Shown: positions 56,915-64,000 of the stretch, one piece after another | Numbering within the stretch: the stretch's first letter is position 1 | How the letters are laid out: every line of letters begins with the position of its first letter | DNA from: an uncultured Candidatus Rokubacteria bacterium | GTDB lineage: Bacteria > Methylomirabilota > Methylomirabilia > Rokubacteriales > CSP1-6 | Length of the DNA: 64,000 nucleotides | NCBI GenBank assembly: GCA_963762145.1 | Contig: CAVXJS010000021.1 | Span: 128,001 to 192,000, forward strand | Direction of reading: 5' to 3' | Translations under genes and position numbers: made by a program | The notes under the pieces: model-generated | The model's input: only the letters and a program-made list of their open reading frames with translations | The model's database searches: none | Told to the model about the DNA's origin: nothing

Positions 56915-58215
56915 CGAATCACGACAACGATGCGCAGGACATCTGGTACAGCGGCAAGACCACGCGCCGGCGCTTGCTCGGGATGGGCGCGACGGCGGCG
57001 GGCGCGATCGGCGCCGGGCATGCTCGTGCCCGCGCCGTGGCGCGCGGCGTTCGGCCAGGCCAAGCCCTTCAAGCTCGGCACGCTGCAGCCCCTGTCCGGG
57101 CACCGCGGCGGCCGGCGGCAAGACCGCCCTCGTGGGCGTGCAGATGGCGGTGGAGCGCATCAACAAGGCGGGCGGCGTCAACGGCCGGCCCGATCGAGCT
57201 GATCGTCGCCGACTACGAGTCCAAGCCCGACGTCGGGCGGCGCAAGGCGGAGAAGCTCGTCGTCGAGGACAAGATCGACGCCCACGCGGGCGGCTATCTC
57301 TCCAACGTCTGCCTGGCCTGCATGCCGGTGTACGAGGAGCACAAGCTGGTCAACATGATCAGCGGTGTGCCTCGACACCACGATCACCCCGAGCAAGTGC
57401 AGCCGCTACACCTTCCGGCCGTTCGACTTCGCGCCGTCCCAGGCGGTGGCCGCGGCTCGCCGTACCTGGTGAACAAGGTCGGCAAGAAGTGGCACATCGC
57501 CTACGCGGACTACGCGTGGGGCCAGTCCACCCGGGACGCCTACGCCGCAGGAGATCAAGAAGCTGGGCGGCGAGGTCACCGGGACCACCGGCGTCCCGCT
57601 CGGCACCGCGGACATGACCGCCGTTCCTGTCAGCAAGATCAGCGGCGCCTACGACGGCCTCTTCGGGATCTTCTTCGGCCCGCAGGGCATCTCCTTCGTC
57701 AACCAGAGCTTCGACCTCGGCATCTCCAAGAAGGCGCGCATCGCGGGCGACGGAGCCATCGCGGTTCCCACCAACCTTCCCGCGATGGGGGCCAAGGCCG
57801 ACGGCTTCATGGGCATCGACCGCTACGTGCCGGTCCTGGAGGGCGTGCTCAACACCCCCTATCACAAGAGGTTCCTCGACGAGTCGGTGCCCCGGCTCCA
57901 GGCGGTCGACCCGAGCGCCCGCCCCCGACCGCTACGTGCAGTCCAACTTCGAGGGCGGTCAACTTCCTCAAGGTCGGCATGGAGCGGTCCAAGTTCCGCG
58001 GGCGCGAGGACACCATGAAGCTGATCGAGGCGCTCGAGGGCCTGGAGATCAAGGAGGCGAGCGACTTCCCCCAGGGCGACAAGACGCTCCGCAAGGAGGA
58101 CCACCAGGCCTTCGTGCGCGAGTTCATCTTCGAGGTCCGCGGAAAGAAGTTCAAGATCCTCGACGTCATCCCGAAGGAAAAGACGGTCGTGCCGGCCGCG
58201 TGCAAGTTCGCCTAG
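56911..58215 (+). CDS. Liv-type ABC substrate-binding protein (many frameshifts)
   Basis: Twin-Arg-like leader, INKAGGVNGR, AYADYAWGQS, RKEDHQA. Confidence 0.82.
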   Translation: MTNHDNDAQDIWYSGKTTRRRLLGMGATAAGAIGAGHARARAVARGVRPGQALQARHAAAPVRAPRRPAARPPSWACRWRWSASTRRAASTAGPIELIVADYESKPDVGRRKAEKLVVEDKIDAHAGGYLSNVCLACMPVYEEHKLVNMISGVPRHHDHPEQVQPLHLPAVRLRAVPGGGRGSPYLVNKVGKKWHIAYADYAWGQSTRDAYAAGDQEAGRRGHRDHRRPARHRGHDRRSCQQDQRRLRRPLRDLLRPAGHLLRQPELRPRHLQEGAHRGRRSHRGSHQPSRDGGQGRRLHGHRPLRAGPGGRAQHPLSQEVPRRVGAPAPGGRPERPPPTATCSPTSRAVNFLKVGMERSKFRGREDTMKLIEALEGLEIKEASDFPQGDKTLRKEDHQAFVREFIFEVRGKKFKILDVIPKEKTVVPAACKFA

Positions 58216-58219
58216 CCGC

Positions 58220-59012
58220 GTGACCGCTTCGCAGACGCACGGGCGCCCCGGTCCAGCCGGACCGGGGCGCCGCGGACGCCGATCCTTCGCACCGAGGGCC
58301 TCACCATGCGCTTCGGCGGCCTCACCGCCGTTGGCAACGTCAGCATCACGGTGGCGCGGGGCGAGATCCGCGCGATCATCGGCCCCAACGGGGCCGGCAA
58401 GAGCACCTTCTTCAACTGCGTGACCGGCGTGCTCCGCCCGACCGGCGGGCGCATCCTCCTGAACGGCGAGAACGTGGCGGGGCTGCCCCCGCACCGGATC
58501 TCCCACAAGGGGCTCGCCCGCTCCTACCAGATCACCAACATCCTGCCCGGCGCGACGGTCGCTGGAGAACGTGCGCATCGCCGCCCAGTCCCGGCACCAC
58601 GGCTGGAGCCTCCTCGCGGCATCACCGGTAGCTTCCACGATCTCATCGACCGGGCTCGGTCGGTCCTCGAGGCGGTGGGCCTCGCGGGAAGGAGGACGAG
58701 CTCGCCGCCAACCTCTCCCACGGCGAGCAGCGCAATCTCGAGATCGCCATCGCGCTGGCCACCGAGCCCCAGCTCCTGTGCCTCGACGAGCCGACCGCGG
58801 GCATGAGCGTGACCGAGACCCACGCCACCGTCGAGCTGGTGCGCCGCATCGCCCGGAACCTCACCATCCTCGTCGTCGAGCACGACATGGAGGTGGTGAT
58901 GAGCCTGGCCCACCGGATCACCGTGCTCCACTACGGCGAGGTGCTCGCCGAGGGAACACCCGGCGAGATCCAGGCGAACCCGCGTGTGCAGGAGGTCTAC
59001 CTGAAGGGCTGA
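58220..59012 (+). CDS. Liv-type ABC ATPase LivG-like (frameshifts)
   Basis: FGGLTAV, GPNGAGKST, LDEPTAG, VEHDM, VQEVYL. Confidence 0.88.
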
Positions 59013-59720
59013 TGCTCACGCTGGCCGACGTCCACACCCACTACGCCAAGAGCCACATCCTGCACGGCGATCTCGCTGGAGGTGCAGCCCGGCGAGGTGA
59101 TCGGGCTCCTCGGGCGCAACGGGGTGGGCAAGTCCACCACTCTCAAGAGCATCATGGGGCTCGTGCGGCCCTCCCAGGGGCGGATCACGTTCGAGGGCCG
59201 CGATATCACGGGCATGCCTTCGCACAAGGTCGCCCACCTCGGCATCGCCTACGTGCCGGAGGACCGCCGGATCTTCAAGCTCCTCACCGTGATGGAGAAT
59301 CTCCGGACCGGTCTCGACCGGGGCGGCCTCACCGAGGTACGGCGCAAGGACCTCCTCGACAAGGTATACGAGAGCTTCCCGGTGCTCGGGGAGCGGAAGG
59401 ATCAGCTCGGGGGCACCCTGTCGGGCGGAGAGCAGCAGATGCTGGCGATCGCGCGCGCGATGATGCTCGAGCCCAAGATCATCCTGCTCGACGAGCCGAC
59501 CGAGGGGCTCATGCCGCGCATGGTCTCGCAGATCCGCGACATCATCGAACGGCTCCACCGCGAGGGCGTCGCGATCCTACTCGTGGAGCAGAACGTCGGG
59601 CTGACCCTCAGCGCGACCAGCCGCTGCTACATCATGGAGAAAGGACTCATGCGTCACCACGCGCCCTCGGCCGCCCTGACCGCCGACCCGTCCGTCATCC
59701 ACCAGTACCTGGGGGTGTGA
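59012..59720 (+). CDS. Liv-type ABC ATPase LivF-like (frameshift near 59070)
   Basis: GRNGVGKST, LSGGEQQMLAI, LDEPTEGL, VEQN. Confidence 0.9.
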
Positions 59721-59723
59721 GGG

Positions 59724-60587
59724 GTGTTCGAGCAGATTCTCGTCCAGACCGTCAACGGGCTCGTCAACGGCATGGTGCTCGCGCTGGTCGCCTCGGGCCT
59801 GACCCTGATCTTCGGCATCATGGACGTGGTCAACTTCGCTCACGGCGACCTCGTGATGCTGGGCGCGTTCACCGGCGCGGTCACCGTCGCGCAGACCGGC
59901 AACTTCTGGCTAGGACTCCTGGTGGCGGCGATCGTCATCGCGGCGTTCGGGGCGCTGCTGCAGATCACCACGCTGCGTCCCCTGATCGGCCGCGATCCCC
60001 TGACCACCATCATCGCGACCTTCGGCGTCTCCCTGGTGCTTCAGAAATACGCCCTCTGGCAGTTCGGCCCGACGGCCCAGAACATCCCGCAGCCGATCCC
60101 GGGCCAGTTCGAGCTGTTCTACCTGCAATACCCCTGGTATCGCCTGGGCGCCGCGGCGATGGCGGGCGCCATCATCGGCGCGCTCTATCTCTTCCTGAAG
60201 TACGGCAAGTACGGGATCTGGATTCGCGCCACCACCCAGGACCGCGTGATGGCCTCCGCGATGGGCATCCCGGTGCCCCTGGTCCACACCGGGGTCTTCG
60301 CGATCGGCTCCGCCATGGCGGCGGCCTCCGGCGTGCTGTTCGCGCCCCTGGCCGCGGTGACCCAGACCATGGGCGCCGAGTTCACGCTGCGCGCCTTCAG
60401 CGTCGTGGTGGTGGGCGGGATGGGCAACCTGGGCGGATCCATCCTCGCCGCGCTCTTCATCAGCCTGCTGGAGGCGTACGCCTCGCTGATGGTGAGCCCC
60501 TCCCAGGCGGTCATCGTCTCGTTCGTGGTCCTGATCTTCACCCTGCTCTTCAGGCCCACCGGCCTGTTCGTGCCGACCCCCAAGTGA
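59724..60587 (+). CDS. Liv-type ABC permease LivH-like
   Basis: GLTLIFG...NFAHG, VVVGGMG. Confidence 0.92.
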   Translation: MFEQILVQTVNGLVNGMVLALVASGLTLIFGIMDVVNFAHGDLVMLGAFTGAVTVAQTGNFWLGLLVAAIVIAAFGALLQITTLRPLIGRDPLTTIIATFGVSLVLQKYALWQFGPTAQNIPQPIPGQFELFYLQYPWYRLGAAAMAGAIIGALYLFLKYGKYGIWIRATTQDRVMASAMGIPVPLVHTGVFAIGSAMAAASGVLFAPLAAVTQTMGAEFTLRAFSVVVVGGMGNLGGSILAALFISLLEAYASLMVSPSQAVIVSFVVLIFTLLFRPTGLFVPTPK

Positions 60588-60592
60588 CGCTC

Positions 60593-61546
60593 ATGGCCAC
60601 CCAGACGCATCGCGGATTCTGGCTCGTCTTCCTGGCCGTGGTGGCCGCGCTCGCGGTCGCCCCGTTCGGCCTCCCCGAGTTCTGGCGGAAGTTCCTCACC
60701 GAGATCCTCATCTGGGGGCTGCTCGCGATGTCCTCGGACATCCTGATCGGCTACACCGGCATGGTTTCCTTCGGGCACTCCGCCTTCTTCGGGCTGGGCC
60801 TCTACGGCGCCGCCGCCGCGCTGCTGGTCATGCGCTCCCCCAACCTCTGGATCGCCCTCGTGGTGGGCCTCGCGGCGGCCGCGCTGGTGGCGGTGTTCGT
60901 CGCCTACTTCGCGACCCGCCTGCGCGACATCTACTTCGCCATCTCCACGTTCGTCTTCTCGCAGATCTTCTACGTCATCATCTTCACCTGGACGGAGGTC
61001 ACCGGAGGCGAGAACGGGCTGTACTTCAGCCAGCCGCCGTTCACGATTCCCGGGATCTGGAGCGGGCGTTTCTCGACGGTGACGCTGCACTGGTTCGTCC
61101 TCGCGGTCGTTGCGCTGTCGTATCTCGCCCTGCGCCGGATCACGCAGTCCCCGTTCGGGATGGTGCTGCAGTCGATCCGGGAGAACGAGCCGAGAACGCG
61201 GGCGATCGGGTATCACGTGGAGCGCTACAAGATCGTGGCGGTGCTGCTCTCGGGGCTGTTCGCGGGACTCTCCGGGGTCCTCTACGCCATCCAGCATCGC
61301 TTCGCCGCCCCGGACTTCGTCTTCTTCACGGTCTCGGGGGAGGTGGTCATCTTCAACGTCATGGGGGGCGTGGGCACGCTCGTCGGCCCGGTGGTGGGCG
61401 CCGCGTTCTTCCTGCTGCTCCGCGAGGGCCTCTCCCGCTTCTGGGCCGAGTACTACCTGATCCCGCTGGGCATCGCGTTCATCCTGATGGTGATCTTCAT
61501 GCCGCAGGGCCTCCTGGGTCACTGGAGGCGACGGCTGAACCAGTAG
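60593..61546 (+). CDS. Liv-type ABC permease LivM-like
   Basis: GYTGMVSFGH, TGGENG, SIRENE, GGVGTLVGP. Confidence 0.92.
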   Translation: MATQTHRGFWLVFLAVVAALAVAPFGLPEFWRKFLTEILIWGLLAMSSDILIGYTGMVSFGHSAFFGLGLYGAAAALLVMRSPNLWIALVVGLAAAALVAVFVAYFATRLRDIYFAISTFVFSQIFYVIIFTWTEVTGGENGLYFSQPPFTIPGIWSGRFSTVTLHWFVLAVVALSYLALRRITQSPFGMVLQSIRENEPRTRAIGYHVERYKIVAVLLSGLFAGLSGVLYAIQHRFAAPDFVFFTVSGEVVIFNVMGGVGTLVGPVVGAAFFLLLREGLSRFWAEYYLIPLGIAFILMVIFMPQGLLGHWRRRLNQ

Positions 61547-61577
61547 CTCTCCCTTTCCCCTGTGGGGGGCGCGGGGC

Positions 61578-62030
61578 CTAGGTGCCGGTGCTTCCGAATC
61601 CCCCCGCCCCGCGCTGACTCCCCTCCAGCTCACGCACCTCCACCAGCGTCGCCCGCGCGACCGGCTGGATCACGAGCTGGGCGATTCGCTCGCCGCGCCC
61701 CAGGGTTACCGCGGCGGAGCCGTGATTGATCAGCAGGACACCGATCTCGCCACGGTAGCCGGAATCGATGAGACCCGGGGCGTTCAGCACGGTAACCCCG
61801 GCGCGCAGCGCCAGCCCCGACCGCGGCAGGATCAGGCCCGCATAGCCCTCCGGAATCGCCACGCGCAGGCCGGTGGACACCAGCTCCCGGCCACCGGGTG
61901 GCAGCGTCACCGTCGCGGCAGCGAGGAGATCGAGTCCCGCGTCGCCGGCGCGCGCGTAGTCGGGCAGCGCGAGCGCGGGATCGGCGCGGATCACCTCGAC
62001 GCGGACGGCGGAGGTCTGGGGCTGGGGCAC
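61578..62030 (-). CDS. dut: dUTPase
   Basis: AGLDL, PRSGLA, GLIDSGYRGE, RIAQL, RGAGGFGSTG. Confidence 0.98.
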   Translation of the reverse strand: MPQPQTSAVRVEVIRADPALALPDYARAGDAGLDLLAAATVTLPPGGRELVSTGLRVAIPEGYAGLILPRSGLALRAGVTVLNAPGLIDSGYRGEIGVLLINHGSAAVTLGRGERIAQLVIQPVARATLVEVRELEGSQRGAGGFGSTGT

Positions 62031-62165
62031 GAGCGCTTATACCACGAAGCGATTGCGCACGCTGTTCCTGCGGCATACCCGAAATCGAAGAGCCGCCTGA
62101 CAAATTTGGAGGGAGCCCGAGGACCGGGATGCATCGCAAGCAACTGATTTCACTGGCCTATTCCC

Positions 62166-62181
62166 TGGCCTTCGTCTTGCT
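62166..62181 (+). promoter_or_regulatory. Second sigma54-type promoter
   Basis: TGGCCTTCGTCTTGCT (GG-N10-GC); IHF-like CAAGCAACTGATT at 62137-62149. Confidence 0.6.
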
Positions 62182-62214
62182 ATGTAAACGGACAGGCCAA
62201 GGAGGCTGAGATCC

Positions 62215-62292
62215 ATGCTGCGGAGACTGGGATTGCCGGGCTTGCTGCGAGTGGCCGCGATCGTATCCCTCGGCCTGTCGCTGTTCGCGTAA
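62215..62292 (+). CDS. Uncalled 25-aa hydrophobic peptide MLRRLGLPGLLRVAAIVSLGLSLFA
   Basis: AAGGAGG 9 nt upstream of ATG; its TAA overlaps the AAGGAG SD of the next gene. Confidence 0.6.
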   Translation: MLRRLGLPGLLRVAAIVSLGLSLFA

Positions 62293-62303
62293 GGAGCTGG
62301 TCC

Positions 62304-63152
62304 TTGCGACGCCCTCTCGTCATCACGCTGATCGTGCTCGCCACGTCGCCCGCCGGGGCGTGGGGTGAGACGCTCGATCTCGCGGCGGAGATCGCCCGCC
62401 TTCGCGGCCGGCTGGCCGCGAATAGCGCCCAGGAGCAGCACTGCCTGGCCGGCGCGACCCAGCCCGTCTGGACCGCGTCGCTCGCCAGCGACCTCAAGGC
62501 ACTACGTTCCCGCGCAAACCAGGCGGCCGCCGAGGGCTCGAGCGCCGAGGCCCAGCGCTGGCGAGAGCTCGCGCGCAAGGCCGAGGCGCTCGAAGCACGC
62601 ACGACCGCCAACGCGCGAACCGGCGCCGAGCTGTTCCAGAGCCAGCAGATCGGACTCGACTGCCTGGACCGTTTCTCGGCCGAGCGCGAGGCGCTGCGCG
62701 CTTCCCTCGAGATCGCGCTGGCGGACTCCAGCGCCTACGGCGAGTCGCTCGGCGAGGCCCGCGAGCACGGGACCACGCGGCTGCGCCAGGATCTGCTGCG
62801 TCTCCAGGAACGGAGCCGCGCGCTGTCGGCCCGCTGGAAGACCACACAGGCCGATGCGGGCGCCGGGGCGGAGGCCCTGAAGGCCGAGATGGCCGACCTG
62901 AAGCGGCGGAACACTGCAGTGCTCGAGGGGGAGCCGGCGCGGGTCATGGCCGATCCGGCGCTCCGGGCGGCCGAAGCGCTCGTGGCCACCACAGACGCGT
63001 GGGACCGGGAGCGGGCCGCGGTGGAACGGCTCAGCACGATCCGGGACGAGGCAGAGCGCCGGAAGACCACGATGGAGCGAGACGAGGCCGCGCGACAGGC
63101 ACGTGAGTACTGGGCCAGCGCCGAGCGGCTGCTCGGCCGGCGGGGACCCTAG
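62304..63152 (+). CDS. Hypothetical secreted helical/coiled-coil protein
   Basis: TTG start with SD, signal peptide ending AGAWG, Ala/Arg/Glu-rich helices, two Cys. Confidence 0.7.
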   Translation: MRRPLVITLIVLATSPAGAWGETLDLAAEIARLRGRLAANSAQEQHCLAGATQPVWTASLASDLKALRSRANQAAAEGSSAEAQRWRELARKAEALEARTTANARTGAELFQSQQIGLDCLDRFSAEREALRASLEIALADSSAYGESLGEAREHGTTRLRQDLLRLQERSRALSARWKTTQADAGAGAEALKAEMADLKRRNTAVLEGEPARVMADPALRAAEALVATTDAWDRERAAVERLSTIRDEAERRKTTMERDEAARQAREYWASAERLLGRRGP

Positions 63153-63159
63153 ACGGCGT

Positions 63160-63531
63160 CTAGCCGGGGAACAGCTTCTCCAGCATCTGGCGAAACTCCT
63201 TGAGCTTGAACGGCTTGGACACCACGGGCACCTTGGAGTCGGTCAGGAACTTCCCGTAGCCCGGGGCCTCGTCCTCGCCGGTGATGAAGATGAAGAAGGG
63301 CGCCGCGTTCGGCTTGAGGCGCCGGATCTCCTGGTAGAGCTTGGGCCCGTCCACCTGCGGCATCTGCAGGTCGCTCACCACCAGATCGTAGGTCTGATGC
63401 TCGAGGAGTTTGAGCGCAGCCATCCCGTCCTCGGCCGGATCCACGGTGTGTCCGTCCGCCGCCAGCGCTTCCACCAGCAGTTCCCGCATGTGCTCCTGAT
63501 CGTCCGCGACGAGGACCCGCAGCGCGCGCAT
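63160..63531 (-). CDS. Single-domain response regulator (CheY-like)
   Basis: VLVADD, DLQMPQVDG, ITG, KPF. Confidence 0.93.
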   Translation of the reverse strand: MRALRVLVADDQEHMRELLVEALAADGHTVDPAEDGMAALKLLEHQTYDLVVSDLQMPQVDGPKLYQEIRRLKPNAAPFFIFITGEDEAPGYGKFLTDSKVPVVSKPFKLKEFRQMLEKLFPG

Positions 63532-63555
63532 GCCTTCAAGTCTAGCAGATGCCCC

Positions 63556-63738
63556 TCAAGGTCCGCGAAAGTCGCAGTACCCGCCGATCAGGCCATCCGG
63601 TCGCCACCAGCCCCGGCGTCGGTCGCACTCGGCCTTGAGATCAGCCTGGGTATAGGCGTGCGGAATCGCGACGCTGCTGCACCCGGCCAGGAGGATCCCC
63701 ATCAACACGACGAGTCGGGCTCGCTTCGCGGTGCTCAT
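63556..63738 (-). CDS. Small lipoprotein (60 aa)
   Basis: Lipobox LLAGC; EC.R..GWW...GYC pattern. Confidence 0.65.
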   Translation of the reverse strand: MSTAKRARLVVLMGILLAGCSSVAIPHAYTQADLKAECDRRRGWWRPDGLIGGYCDFRGP

Positions 63739-63800
63739 CTCCGGATAGGGTAGCGCACTCAGGGCCACAATGAACGGCCGGGCGTATCGCTTCCGGGACA

Positions 63801-63829
63801 TTGACGGGGTCGACCCCGGTTCCCACACT
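63801..63829 (+). promoter_or_regulatory. Sigma70-type promoter of comM (likely leaderless)
   Basis: TTGACG-17 nt-CACACT, 7 nt before GTG 63837. Confidence 0.55.
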
Positions 63830-63836
63830 GGGTGCC

Positions 63837-64000
63837 GTGCTCGCGCGCGTCCGCTCCGCCACGCTCAACGGGATCGAGGTCGCCACCATCTTCATCGAGG
63901 TGGATGTCACCTCGGGACTGCCCTCGTTCAGCACCGTCGGCCTCCCCGACGCGACCGTGCGCGAGAGCCGCGATCGGGTCCGCGCCGCCATCCGCAACGC
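63837..64000 (+). CDS. comM: YifB/ComM Mg-chelatase-like AAA+ ATPase, 3' truncated by window
   Basis: Own translation: MLARVRSATLNGIEVATIFIEVDVTSGLPSFSTVGLPDATVRESRDRVRAAIRN. Confidence 0.92.
   Translation, partial: MLARVRSATLNGIEVATIFIEVDVTSGLPSFSTVGLPDATVRESRDRVRAAIRN

Noticed and set aside
58571-61546. 991-aa ABC fusion ORF
   Set aside because: Artefact of an open shadow frame; LivM-like coding starts at 60593

Overview
A 64 kb, very GC-rich bacterial chromosome segment made up mostly of core operons. In order: an NDP-sugar nucleotidyltransferase (partial), lepA-lepB-hemW-hrcA-grpE-dnaJ-prmA-rsmE-archease-like, lpxC-DUF4390-ntrY-ntrX, a PyrR-attenuated pyr/car operon, yicC-gmk-rpoZ-coaBC-udg-priA-def-fmt-rsmB-rpe, ffh-rpsP-rimM-trmD-rplS-rnhB-yraN, dut and the start of comM. 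Accessory blocks sit between them: amidohydrolase + cyclase/STAND/TPR + orphan + metallopeptidase; MoaD-like + thioredoxin + LLM oxidoreductase + dehydrogenase; a NitT/TauT-type ABC transporter; and a hydrolase/DapA-like/aminotransferase/Liv-type ABC cluster. Gene content suggests a diderm such as Candidatus Rokubacteria/Methylomirabilota (inference only). Essential genes in several stretches carry many single-base frameshifts, most likely long-read assembly errors. Best non-obvious signals: (1) a sigma54 promoter with paired enhancer-like sites in front of lpxC, next to a GAFTGA-intact NtrYX system; (2) a dispersed 35-bp hairpin element with four identical copies, two of them flanked by copy-specific 12-13 bp direct repeats exactly 73 bp apart; (3) a second motif with a compensatory base change upstream of two unrelated genes; (4) an uncalled 25-aa peptide gene behind a second sigma54 promoter; (5) a possible rsmE-archease one-base junction; (6) widespread leaderless architecture. 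No rRNA, tRNA, CRISPR array, transposase or integrase was seen.
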